Shown: piece after piece, positions 13,126 through 25,746 of the stretch
Position numbering within the stretch: the first letter of the stretch is position 1
How the letters are laid out: each line of letters starts with the position of its first letter
NCBI RefSeq assembly: GCF_001194135.2
Contig: NC_068986.1
Span: 68,264,417-68,306,519, forward strand
DNA from: Octopus bimaculoides
Taxonomy: Eukaryota
DNA length: 42,103 bases
Reading direction: 5' to 3'
Position numbers and translations under genes: made by a program
Notes under the pieces: model-generated
Databases searched by the model: none
Told to the model about the DNA's origin: nothing
The model's input: the letters and a program-made list of their open reading frames with translations, nothing else

Positions 13126-13299
13126 AAGGGATAGTTCTCTAGTTCTTTGACTATCGTGGCTAAGATCTTGCTGGAACGCCGCCTTCAGGACGTAACTATA
13201 TACAGAAAAACATTCTGAATGTTTACCAATACTGACATTCAACACCTGCTACTGCTGTTGTTGTTGTTCTTGTTGCTGTAGTTTCTTGTATAATAATAA

Positions 13300-13507
13300 T
13301 AATCCTTTCTACTACAGGTACAAGGCCTGAAATTGTGGGGGAGGGGGCTAGTCGATTACATCGACCCCATTGCATAACTGGTACTTATTTCATCGACTCC
13401 GAAAGGATGAAAGGCTAAGCTGACCTTGGCGGAATTTGAACTCAGAACATAAAAATGCCGCTAAGCCTTTCGCCCGACTTGCTAACGATTCTACCAGCTC
13501 GCCGCTA
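13300..13507 (-). mobile_element. SINE family A (first of tandem pair)
   Basis: Full reverse-complement copy from ACAAGGCCTGAAATT to GCTAACGATTCTACCAGCTCGCCGC, with a (TAA)n tract at its tail. Confidence 0.85.
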
Positions 13508-13526
13508 TAATAATAATGATGATAAT

Positions 13527-13746
13527 AATCCTTTTTACTATATGCACAAGGCCTGAAATTTGGAGGGAGGGGAGGGGACTAGTCGATTAGATCGACCCCA
13601 GTGCTTCACTGGTGCCTAATTTATCGACCCCAAAAGAATGAAAGGCAAAGTTAACCTAAGTGGAATTTAAACACCGAACGTGGTGACGGACGAAATACCG
13701 CAAAGCATTTCGTCCAAAGTGCTAACGATTCTGCCAGATCACAGTC
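13527..13746 (-). mobile_element. SINE family A (second of tandem pair)
   Basis: Second reverse-complement copy from GCACAAGGCCTGAAATTT to GCTAACGATTCTGCCAG, bracketed by TAA-rich tracts. Confidence 0.85.
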
Positions 13747-15774
13747 ATAATAACAATAATAATAATGATAATAATAAAACCAACACCAACAACCACATCA
13801 TGGAGAATATTACGTAATGTATTTGAAAATAAAACCGGGGGGGGGGCCTAGGAGCAAGTTTAAAAAACCTCAAAAATCTATGTAAGATGAAGTATTCGTC
13901 TATTATCAGCTAAAACAATAAGAACAAGCTTTGGCAGAAAACATATTGAACAAATGCTACCTCAGCACATTTGATACAGTGAAGAAAGATTCACTGGAAT
14001 TTTTTGAGAGAGATAAGAAGATAGTCTCGTGGTCCATTTTATATGTTGTTATGTGTAAGTGTACATGTGTATTTGGAATACATTGGTGAACAATAAATAG
14101 TATTATGAGCTAACAGTTTGAGTGCGTCGGGCTGACAGAGGAAGTTGTCTCACAGGTGATGTGCTCCTGTGAAATGCTAAACAGATGAAACCCGTGTTAA
14201 GTATGTTGTTCTCTCTCTCTCTTTGTTTTATAACTCCCTACACTCTAGCTCTCTACATTGAGTAAATTAATCTACATACGAACAGCGTGGCTAGAACAAC
14301 TAGACAAACATCTTAGGAATTTTTTTCGTTGTTACTTCTGCCTCATGTTACTCTGTACACGCTCAGATACAATATACACNNNNNNNNNNNNNNNNNNNNN
14401 NNNNNNNNNNNNNNNNNNNNNNNNNNNNNNNNNNNNNNNNNNNNNNNNNNNNNNNNNNNNNNNNNNNNNNNNNNNNNNNNNNNNNNNNNNNNNNNNNNNN
14501 NNNNNNNNNNNNNNNNNNGCGTATGCGTATGTGTGTATGTGTATGCGCCTGTGAGCATGTATATGTGTATATGCACACCCTCAAAAGACGTTTACAAATA
14601 GATAAAATATATTGATACTAGGACAAGAAGAGAGGTATAACATGCAGAAATAAATATGTATAAATAAAAGATGGCTGTTAACATTCTCTCTCTCTCTCTC
14701 TCTCTCTCTCCCACACACACACACATATATATATATTTATATGTGTGTGTGTGTGTAATATATGGTGGTTGTTGTTACAGGGTGTGCACTTGTTGCAGTG
14801 GTGAATCTATTCCTCTCGCATTAATTATTGCTTAAAAATAAACACACAATCCTTTTAAAGTATTTCTGAGCATAAAACGGATTTTAAATGATATAAATCA
14901 CTTTACATAAACAAACTGAATTTTATAAAATTCTATAAATTACAAAATAAATATGAATTTTTTTTTTTTCTTGCGCTTAAAATTAAAAATAAAAGTGAAG
15001 AATAATTGGAGTAAGATTGGTGTATATGTAATATCAATAAGAAATATTATTAGTAGTCATTTATAAGTAATGGACAATGGCTGAAATAGGAAAAGGGGAA
15101 CTTTCTGCTGGGTTCGAGACGAAAATAAAATGGCAACCGAAAACATTAGTTTATACAAACCAGACGAGTTTATATAGATCGAAATCTATACAAATTAAGT
15201 CATAACATAAACTGAATGGCATAGGGACATGAGGAAATAAAATGAATCTTCCCAACGAAATCATTTAATTCGATAGATTAAACAGGTGGTAAGGATTAAG
15301 TTTATGCTAACTTTGGTCCGAAAATTTAAGAGTAAAAGTTGTACACAGATAAGGACAAGATTATTGTGCATGACAGAACGAACAAAAGAAGGATATATCA
15401 CTGTTTTTATGAGAGTAAAAGAACATTTTTAAATAATGTTTTTCGTGAGATTCATTATAAATACATTATATGACAAGATGTAGTTAGACCAATTTCTTTT
15501 ATGGCATATTGAAGTCGAATAGCCTCTTATAGGTTCACCATGTTAATCTGTAATGACTGGTCGTCTTACCTATCATGTGAGTTTGGAACATTGGTTGAGT
15601 CCTGTGCTTTGATTGGACGAGTATTGCGCGGGATATGGAACGTTGTGCGTAATACATTCTCAAACAACTAATCTGAATCTGCGTTTGAGCCTACCCTCTG
15701 TCTATATATAGGTCTAACAAAGCATCCTGAACAGAGGAGTGAGCGATTTACATGAAGGCGTGTCATGTTATTTT

Positions 15775-16081
15775 CCTATGGGATTGCACCTAGAAAGTTC
15801 CCCTCCCAGGCACAAGTCCGGGCAAGGCTGTTAATGGAAGACCAGCAGTCGCCCATGTATACCGACCTCCTCTCTCCACGCCACCAGTGTTATCCAAGGG
15901 AAAAGCAAAGGCCGATACAACTTGGCACCTGTGACGTCGCAACTCATTTCTACAGCTGAGTGAACTGGAGCAACGTGAAATAAGTGTCTTGCTCAAGAAC
16001 ACAACACGCAGCCCGGTCCGGGATTCGAACTCACAACCTCATGATCATAAGCTCGACGCTCTAACCACTGATCCGTGCGCC
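15775..16081 (-). mobile_element. tRNA-derived SINE family D (CORE-like motif after head)
   Basis: The minus strand reads GGCGCACGGATCAGTGGTTAGAGCG...GAGTTCGAATCCCGGACC (A/B boxes), then GTGTTCTTGAGCAAGACACTT. The body closely matches 32726-33064. Confidence 0.9.
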
Positions 16082-16164
16082 TTATCGATTAATTCAACTA
16101 GAGTGCAATTAATTTCTTCTTTAACTGTTGAACAAATTACTAGAAGCTTTAATGATGAGTATTT

Positions 16165-16378
16165 CCTCTATGTGCGTTTGTGTGTGTCTGCGTTTGTCCC
16201 CACCACCACTACCACTACCACTTAACAACCAGTGCTGGCGTGTTTACGTCCCCGATAGAATAAGTACCAGGCTTTAAAAAAAAAAAAGTACTGAGTTCGA
16301 TACAATCGACTATAAATTCTTCAAGGCGGTGGCCCTGGCATGGCTACAGTCTAATGACTGAAACAATTAAAAGATAAA
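16165..16378 (+). mobile_element. SINE family B, 3' half (5'-truncated, small internal deletion)
   Basis: GTGTTTACGTCCCC, GATAGAATAAGTACCAGGCTT and CAGTCTAATGACTGAAACAATTAAAAGATAAAA match the family B tail. Confidence 0.8.
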
Positions 16379-17740
16379 ATTATTTAATTTGAAAACTGTT
16401 AAGATCAAATTATAGTTTCAATTATTGAATTTTCAGCAAATGCATTCATATACCTTCTAACCACGAAAAAGAAAATATCGTGATGTACATGTGAATGGAA
16501 CGTAGCTCACCCATAAGCCCTCGCTTTAATCATCCATATTATCCCACCATCCGTCCAGTACCATATTATGATACAAACAGCTGTGGACTTTGCACCGTAT
16601 TTCAAAATAGATGACGGGGGAAATTAGTGCCTGTTGTGTGATGATAATATTGAATAATGAATTTACCATCATTTGTATATATTTAAGCCCCCAACGAGTG
16701 TGGTTGTTATGACTGTCAATTCCTATATCATATAAAATATAGTGCTCTTACACCATGTCAATTTTTGCTTTATTAATTTGCCAAATTCTGGTTCTGTCAT
16801 CAAACTTTGAGTTAAGTTTCTTTACTGTTTGATTTTAGCGCGATTCAGATTTGTTCAACATGGATTGTATTTGGCTTTGAGGTTAACAGGGTTAGTTACT
16901 GATTCCAAATGGTCTCATTATAATAAAGTATATTTTCTGTCCAAACCTGATATATATTTATTCATTTCATTTGAAAGCTATGTTTATCCACTCATCCCAA
17001 TCTCATGTTTCTTGTTTTTATTTCTCTGATATATGTTGTTTTTAAACAACGTATTAGCTATTTGGTATTTTAGCTGTTAAATGAATAAACTATAGCAATT
17101 TTTAAAGAAAAACTCAGGATCAGAAATAAGATATCCAAATATTAAAAATAAATGTAATGTAAATATATCTGTTGGACGAGCATACCTATGATGCCATCTG
17201 TTCCAACCATAATCAAGCCTTATTTTAGAGCATGTAAGGCACATTATCTATACCCAATCTTTAGTTACAGAAGATGATAGAATATGGTGTGAGAGATTTG
17301 GTTACTATTTCTAGCAATTCGAGTAGCCTCTTAGAGGCCCCTGCGTTGGCTGGTTTATATATTTCTATTGTGTATTTGATTGATGTATTGTTTATGGTAG
17401 TCTCAACTGTTGTTGGACTGGTTATTTCAGTTGTGAAATTGATGTTATATTTTATTTTGCCTGGTAGCAAAAGTTTGAAGGCATCTATAAATTATTTTAG
17501 TGAATATATGTATTGCATATCAACATTGGTGATTCCTTTTGTGTTAGCTGTATTCATTTAGTACAAGGATGACATTATGTTCGTTCGTTGATTTTTTTTC
17601 TCCCCAATAATAGCCAAGACCGGCACCGTAATATTCAGCACCCTAGACTAACCCTTCCTACAATGACAGCCTCTTATTCTAGTTTTCTTCAACAACTCTC
17701 CTGACGGAAAACTACAATTAACTTACAAACAAGAAATCTA

Positions 17741-18301
17741 TAATAAATCGTGAATTGTTATACAATGAAAAACGAGCTTCAAAGCGATGACTTCCATATT
17801 TATTCTTAACACATGCCGGCAGATTCGAACGTAGGTATGCAAATCATTGTCGTGTTCATCACAGAAAAACATTACCTTTACGATGAATATGTGTTCATAA
17901 CACACTCAATTCACGAGTTGTTGATACCAAGGATTTTAGGACTACGATATTTCAACATGTTTTCTCTTCAGCCAGAAGCCTCTCCCACACCGGACCGATG
18001 ATTCAAATAAGAGCCGATAACCTTGTTTATGATTTCAGCGGATAAACTGTCCACTGATCCATGCCAACCGATAATAAATCGTCATACACACGGTGAACAG
18101 CGAGATTCAAAACAATGGCTTGCATATTTACTCTTAACACGTTCCGGCAGATTCGAAAGTAACTACGCTAATCGCTGTTGTGTTCGTCACAGGAGAACAG
18201 TTTCTTTACGATGAATATGTGTTCATAACACATCCGATTCATTATTAAAGAGATTCTGAAACACTGGTGTTTTGATATGCCGTGTCCCGTCAGCCAGAAG
18301 C
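17741..18301 (+). repeat. Diverged tandem duplication, period about 331 bp
   Basis: 17741-17979 vs 18072-18301 share TAATAAATCGT, CCGGCAGATTCGAA, a 29-nt identical block CTTTACGATGAATATGTGTTCATAACACA and CAGCCAGAAGC. Confidence 0.85.
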
Positions 18302-18627
18302 ACACGTGTTGAGGTAGTCACTTGAAGCTTGCCTTTCGAAGTGTTTTGCATCTTTATTCACGCATACGTCAGGTTCAACTATCATGGCATTTTGTGAAAA
18401 GTTTTTATTGGCCAAACGGCATTCTAACTGTGGCCATCCAGTTTTTTTATATGTCTAGGTCTGAGCTGCCCACTATATTTTTGAGACAGTTTTAGATTTG
18501 AGAGGTGAGATAGTAGTTAGATTTGAGAGATACTGAATCGCCATTTCTAATAAACCGATAAACTGCATACGAAACACCGTTGTTGGCTCGGCAGAGCTAT
18601 TGTTGCAGTTGTTTTGTTGCTGTTGGC

Positions 18628-18780
18628 AGGTCTAATGAATAGACTTATGATCAAAGGTGTTCCGACCGAGACTATTCCTCCTCGTTATGTTTTCTAATGT
18701 TTCCCGCATTTAAGAATATAATATGAGGACATTTGGCTGCTATTTCTAGCAGTTCAAAAGACCACATAGCATACCTCCTC
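18628..18780 (+). repeat. Dispersed repeat family E, copy 2
   Basis: GAATAGACTTATGATCAAAGG...ATTTGGCTGCTATTTCTAGCAG. A related 5' part lies at 19181-19287 (CAGACATGGAATCAAAGG). Confidence 0.55.
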
Positions 18781-18864
18781 TTTGACTCGGTAGAAAGTGT
18801 TGTCGCAGACTGTTAAAGACATGAAATTATTTTACTAAATACCTTAGATTATTTATTTCCTTCT

Positions 18865-18990
18865 ACAGTTTAAAATCCTGCTAGATCGACTTTTCATCTC
18901 TTCGGAGGTCGATAATTTATCATTTATATGCTGATATTGAGTCAGTAATGTACTTCTCCACTTTCAGTTTGTGGCCTTGTACCAATGTTC
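18865..18990 (+). mobile_element. SINE family A, highly degraded
   Basis: GATCGACTTTTCATCTCTTCGGAGGTCGATAA and GTGGCCTTGTACCAA anchor motifs. Confidence 0.55.
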
Positions 18991-20410
18991 ATGTTGTTGT
19001 TACTGTCTAACCTAGAATGTAACGATGATAATTTTGAAACACATGAACTTCTACATATATTTTTGTTGAATTTTAATCCCTCTTCGAAGAACTCTGCCAA
19101 CTAAAAGGGGAAATTCTTCGATCAATGGTTCTCACTGACAATTATGTAGATTTTTATTATTGTTAATGTCTCTTTTCAGTCCCGGGTCAGTTCTAATTGC
19201 ACAGACATGGAATCAAAGGTACTTTGTAACTATCTCGTGTTTCAATCGTATATAATTTATCTAGAACTGCATTATCTAACGGGTCCTTGGAATCATCAGT
19301 TGAAATTGATGAGATATCTGTCTTAAGATTGTGAGTAATGTGTTGGCTCTGTGTAGAGTTCTAAATTTATACTGCGATTTGGAAAGCGATATCAAGAACT
19401 AACCTTTTTGAAATATTTGAAGGCGTTCATAGGAGGAGGATGGGTCTTTATGCAAGTTGACTCTCGAGTTTCCACAAGGCTTTAGAAATGTTATGATTTT
19501 GCACAGCTTCCCGATTCAGTAAATTTGAAAGTGCTTATACGAGTTGTTACCGTGATTTCTTCGAGCCCTAGATATTTTAGATATATGTTTGTAGTTTAAT
19601 CAGGCCCAGTCACTTTAGGAGTTTTAGATTTCTCTATTGAGTTATATGTGATTAAAAATGCAAGAGATCGAGATTTAGTTTAGGTGGAAGGTACATACGT
19701 TTTTCTTTTTCATCTTGCGAATAAAACCAATACCGTTTCTGGTATTGCAATCCTGACCACAGTTACATCGCAAGCATCCTTTCGATGAAGGCATTTAACT
19801 CAAGCTATCTCCAATAATGTCTTTGTTACACGTTCTCTTATGCACATGTTCCGACATCCACCCATCCATCCATCCATCACATATGCGCTTGCAACCGTCA
19901 ACTCACATTGCTGGAAATTCACACTCGCTCGACCAGAATATCTTTGTATCACCGCAATCTCTCATTTGATAGACTGTTCCCCTCTGCGAAAAGAGAGACT
20001 CATCTTAGCCGCTTTTTTTTTTTTTTTTTTTCGTTGGTAAGAAGAAAACAAAATACCTTATTCACTGACTTGACTAAATTCTTTTTCTTTTGATTATTTT
20101 AATCATAGAATCCATAAAATTTGTATATTAGCTATTTCAATCAAGTTGGATTACTTCTGCAAGAAGCAGCTTAGTGTCCGTTAAACATTGTTAAATTATT
20201 ATTAACTGCACAGAAAAAGGAAGAAATATGGGAAGGTATATAATAAAAGTAATTTCTTTTACTCTTCTTCACTGCAGCATCTGGTGGTTGAACTCGTTAA
20301 ATGTCTCACGAGAGCGTTTAATTGGTGTGGGTTGGTGCGCATATTATTGGAAGTTATTATCGCGGTCGTTGATGTTGACATTGCTAATTACACTCTATAA
20401 TGCTCTATTG

Positions 20411-20413
<3 letters not shown>

Positions 20414-20491
<78 letters not shown>

Positions 20492-20700
20492 CGTGTGTGT
20501 GTGTGTGTGGCTTATTTGCTAATGTTGTTGGTGTTTCTTTTTGGTTCATTTTTGTATTGCAAATGATGATGATGATGTCTTCGTCATTAGTAATGGTTAC
20601 TACTGCTGATAATTTTGTTACTGCTGTTGCTGCTGCTGCTACTCTTGTTGCTGCTGCCCTGCTGCTTTTGTTGCAGCTGTTGTTGCTGTTGTAGTTAAAG
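20414..20700. repeat. (TG)n microsatellite followed by degenerate GAT/GCT/GTT triplet tract
   Basis: Seen directly. Confidence 0.85.
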
Positions 20701-21949
20701 CGTCATGTGATATTTTGATATCCATCAACACAACCCAGTTCTGTAGTAATAGTTTAACTATGAAACTTAACTGTTTATCATTCTGACAAACCTACCATGT
20801 TCCCATTATCCGTCTCTTGGTGTTAAGGGTCCCTGTAATCTTTATTGGGGTGGTTAGAAAAAAAAGTAGTAATGTAAGAGCATGTTTTAACCATGATGAT
20901 CTACGTGGTAGTAATTATAAGCAGTAATCAGTGGTGGTGGCGGTGGCGGTGGTAATAATGCGGATATCACTGGAAATGTAATAGTGATACTGACCGTATT
21001 GTGGTGGTAAGTGATCTTATTTGTGCTATAGTATCGCAGTAGCAGTGATGGTGTCAGCGACAGTATTGTAAGGGTTGTGGCTATGTGACAAGACTATAAT
21101 TATAAACGGCTGACGTTGCCAAAATATAGAGTAACAGCGAGACTAGACCATCAAGTACTATGATGGATTTTTAAGGGAATTTGATGCTGTTAGGTAGGGG
21201 TTACGGAGAGCGTGGGGTGATGTGATTGTCCCCCTACAACTCCCTAAAATTACGCTGCAATAATTTTAATACCTCCCTCCCATATATTAAACCGTAATGC
21301 TATGTAACACAGTAAAATCATCCAGACTTCAAGTCGAAAACTGAACAGTAGCTTACTTACTCGAAGTGTCAAGCTGATGGGAGAGAGAAGGGGTGGGAAA
21401 AACATGCGTAAACTGCAGAACTGATAGAGTAAGGAGAGGGAGACAATGAAAATAAAACAATTATATTTTTTTTAAAAAAACCAGCATCGACTATAATTAT
21501 CTTGAAAGTTAAGACGTAGACGAACTGTGTTGGGGTGGGTGGTATACTCCTATGGGACAGAAATTTGAGAATTGAATAATGAAAGAATGTTTTCAGATTT
21601 AAGCTGGAGTGTTAAGTGAAAGAAAGTATATTTTAAACTTGATGTTTCCGCTTGGAAAATGCAATAAATAACCGACCCAGTTTAGGATATTTAGACACGT
21701 AGCAATTCTAAGTGAACACAATTTTATTCAACTGCAGAGACTAACAAGACCAGTGATTAATTCTTGCATATATGAAGCTAAGTATATTAGAAATGAAAAT
21801 CGCTTATTCGATAAGATGTATATCTGTAAGGGGTTTATATTTAACAAAGGTTTTGTTGTCAATTCTCCATAGGTTCGGTGAGGTATTTAAAATGAAGTGT
21901 TCAGTACTGCGATAACGAAATACCTGCAAAAGCCATGAACTCACGACCC

Positions 21950-21983
<34 letters not shown>

Positions 21984-21985
<2 letters not shown>

Positions 21986-22025
21986 TGTGTTTCAGCCAAG
22001 TGGCTGCGGTCATGCTGGTGCACCA
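21984..22025 (-). mobile_element. SINE family B-like extreme 3' fragment next to an (ATTT)n tract
   Basis: TGTTTCAGCCAAGTGGCTGCGGTCATGCTGGTGCACCA is the reverse complement of the GTGCTCCAGCATGACCACAG...CTGAAACA tail. Confidence 0.6.
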
Positions 22026-23803
22026 TTCAATTCTTTGACTTTATACACTTCATTTTATTGCCGCAAAATATTAATTATCCAACTCTGATTACTAAAACAA
22101 AGTATTCTGAAGAATTATAATTTATTCTTTCGCGATCATTTTATACCTGCAAGTCTATTTTATAAGTGCAAGACGAAATTATCAACTTTCTTTGTAATGC
22201 ACGTTTACATTATATGACGGTTGTTACCTTTTGAGGGAACGATGCTTTTCAGGAATCCCATCACTAGATCAGTAGAGTATAATGACCACAATAACTACTT
22301 TGTTGGATTTTAAGAGGATTTATAATCTATCAAAGGGTGTTTGCTAGTGTTTACGAAGAGTAGGTATGGTATCATTGTTCCTTCCTCCACCACTTACAAT
22401 TATTCTGACGTGATACTGCGATGATTTTAACAACCTACTCCTTTCTCATACATTAAACCCTTAAGTTATGCGACACAGGAAAATAAGCCAGACTTGAAGT
22501 CAAGTCTGACATCCAAGTATAAGAGGAAAGAAGAGAGAAAGGGAAGAAGAAATAACAGGAGAGAGAAAGCGTAAAAGAAAAGAAGAGAGGAAGTTATTCT
22601 CAGACCAGAAACCAGACTAGAATGCTTCCAACAAATGAACTCTGCTAAAGATACTTATGGACCAGGCAAGTGTGTTAAACAGAGTAACAGACTAAATCTA
22701 CCACCCAAGGTCAAGAATGAGTTTCCCCACAGTTTTTGTCAACCAAATAAGCATTCGAAAACCACTAATGTTCATATCCTTCTCAACAGCATATTGGCAG
22801 CATAAGTAAATTTGCTTCAAGCAGGAATAGAAATCGTCTCTAATTTTTGGTTCGCCGGAAGTTACCTGCTATATTACAGTGCTGTTAACGGTGTAATTAA
22901 TTATCTTTCTTCAATTCGAAATGCAATCAATCATTATGTATTGAACTTTTTTTAAAAACAGCCAACTGCAATAATTTTTCAACGACATTCTATAAACACA
23001 CATTGGGCAGATGGCTGATTCATTTAAGAATCGGTATCATAATTATGTCGCCAGCTTCAAGAGAATCAATAAGAGACATTTAACATCTTAGACCGATTTT
23101 GTGTAGCGACTGAAGGAAAATGTAATTAAGTATAATATAACTTGATCCATAGTAAGACACGCAAAACCGTACAATATCATTTCCAGGAGATGCCGACTCT
23201 GCTCCGAGAAATCCCCGTCTATTCTGTCGACCAATGAGAAGACCGTTAATATAATCTCAGAAAGACTCTCAAGATGCCTACATGCATATAAATGTACTTT
23301 AGCTTTAACCTACCCATCCTTATAAATACGAAGTAGCTATTTAACTCATGTGAACGTGTGTGTGCCAAACCACACGTGTGCGAATGCTTACATCTTCGTG
23401 GATGCTTGTATGAGCGAGTTTACATGCGTCATCCAGTTTGCACGAGGGAGTTTACACATCTATATCCGTCAACGTTTATTTTTAATTCTTTTCTTTCTGT
23501 ACTGCGTATTCGTTTCTTTTTTGCGTCTGTTATTCTATTTTTGATCTTCTATATAAATGAAGATATACCCTTTAATTCGCTACTTTGCTTTACATGAAAT
23601 GAGAAGATACATCGCGGAATTGTTATTTAAATAAGTTATATCTATTTATCACCTGAAGAGACACATCTGCACCATTTGATACTCCTGAACCAGTTGTTTA
23701 GTATCCTATTCGTGAGGAATCGGTGCTAGTTGTGTCGAAACAATTGTTGTGATTAATAGAAGTTCTCGTATCTTCCATCTTCTGTCTTCCATTTACTATT
23801 TGC

Positions 23804-23855
<52 letters not shown>

Positions 23856-23932
23856 TAACATAAACAGCTAGGCGCAATGTAATATTATAAAGCAAAAAGT
23901 TTAATCGTCACTACGACCCAATTTACGTAGTC

Positions 23933-23973
23933 GCTACTGATGATGCCTGCGAAATAGGCGAAACAGGTCTAGT
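23933..23973 (+). ncRNA. Minimal type I hammerhead ribozyme motif (Penelope-like pLTR type)
   Basis: GCTA-CTGATGA-T-GCCT-GCGAAAT-AGGC-GAAAC-AG-GTC-TAGT. Core CUGAUGA and GAAA, stem II GCCT/AGGC, stem I GCTA/TAGT, GUC cleavage triplet and a vestigial stem III. Confidence 0.65.
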
Positions 23974-24099
23974 ATAGTAATTCTAGGGATGGTTATGGGG
24001 CTGTTACCTCCCCTGTCAGTGTGTATATATTGCGCTCTTCTTTCTAGCAATGTAGGTGCTTCGGCACCCTCAGTCACGTGTATGTGAAATACGCACATA

Positions 24100-24730
24100 C
24101 AAGCACTATGTGACAATGCGTGTATATAGATCCATTCGTATATGTACGCAAAGGTGTGTATGTGTATGTATATATGACTGTCTATGTATGTATATGTGTA
24201 CGTGTCTGCATGTAAATACTATAACATGCCAAATTGTATCCTTCACAGGTACATGAAACTACTCCACAAGTGTCGACGCATAAACACACGCGCGCTTATA
24301 TGAGAATGTGTATATATATAGATATATATACATACACCTATGTTTTTACGCGCATGTGTGTGTGTGTGTGTGAGTGCGTATATGTATGTGTGTATCTATT
24401 TGTATATGTGCGTATATGCATGTAGCAAGAGAGAGAAAGAAAAGAAAATAAGGACAGTTTTATGTTTATTTTTTACTTTGCTTTGATCTCTCCCAGCGCG
24501 CCCGTCAAACTTACTGTTTATACACATGTGTAAGAGCATTTATATTTATGTATATATGTATGTGTACACGTATGTATACACATGTGTATATATATACATA
24601 TATATATATATATGCATATGTGTGTGTCTGCGCGCATATGTGTGTGTCTGCGTGTGTATATACATGTATTATATACTTTTTCTAATTTATAAGCTTTCTC
24701 TCATATATATATATGCATTTTGTTTTGTAT
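24100..24730. repeat. Degenerate TA/TG/TATG purine-pyrimidine alternating low-complexity region
   Basis: Seen directly. It generates spurious Cys/Val/Tyr/Ile ORFs. Confidence 0.8.
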
Positions 24731-25677
24731 GTATTTACTTATTGAACGACATAACGGAAGTACTATTTGAAAAATATAAATTATCCACATGACATTGTTA
24801 TGATTTTAAAATTCGATCGAGAACACTCCAGAGAAAAATGTAATTCTCACTAGCTAAATAAACCCACAGCTCTTCGACCTGTAACTAGTTTCGTAAGTGC
24901 CAACGCGCGTGACTCTCGGACCTTGAGTCACTCTGTTGCTTCCGCTAAATATTAATAAAAATATACATATACTCATATTTTGAGTTCATTTTTTCCTCTT
25001 TGCATCACCATACCTATATACAGGCGCGAAATTGTAATGTTATTTTGGACGTTGACTGATGAGTAATAAAGCTACGAATTTTATGCTTGTTATATTTTTG
25101 TAAAATGTTGTGTTTTTTTTTTTTTAAATATATTCATGTAATGCTACGCACTTCTGATTTTTGCAGTCATTTGTAAAATATTCTTGGAATATATTTCGTG
25201 TGACGTCTACTTCTGTCTCTTTCTCTTTATTTGCCTCACTTTCTCTCTCTTTTCCTCCCTAATACTTTGCTTCTTTCTTCGTTCTGACTTTCTAACTGTT
25301 CTTCTCTTGTGACCAGTCCTACAGGACATTTTCATTTTTTTTTTACGTTACCTATATCTGTCTGCCTTGTGGCTGCACAGCTTTCTTTTTTTTTTTTTGT
25401 ATATGTATGATTTACGTTGGTGTGCTTGTTTTCGTCATTGTCCTGTACATTCGTTAGCTATTCCCAGTAGCTCTCCGCCGCTGGCGCCACCAAAAGGGAA
25501 CAATATCAGCGTTAAAGGCGCGAAATTTAATGATCTTTTGAACGTTGACTGATGAGGAATAAGCTACGAATTTTTTCTGTTGTGTTTTTTGTTAAATGTT
25601 TGATATATATATATATATATATATANNNNNNNNNNNNNNNNNNNNNNNNNNNNNNNNNNNNNNNNNNNNNNNNNNNN

Positions 25678-25746
<69 letters not shown>

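Noticed and set aside
15533-15576. 44-nt AG...GTGAGT exon candidate (FTMLICNDWSSYLS)
   Set aside because: Splice-like pairs of this quality are expected by chance in 42 kb, and there is no protein similarity or linked exon.
22900-22995. Possible mariner-like terminal fragment
   Set aside because: Similarity is too weak, with no partner TIR or transposase sequence.
23711-23748. Hammerhead-like GTGAGGA...GAA-ACAATTGT-T about 200 bp upstream of the good motif
   Set aside because: The core begins with G instead of C, and stems I and II do not pair convincingly.
25057-25157. Box C/D snoRNA (TGATGA ... CTGA)
   Set aside because: There is no terminal stem, and the duplicate copy has no D box.
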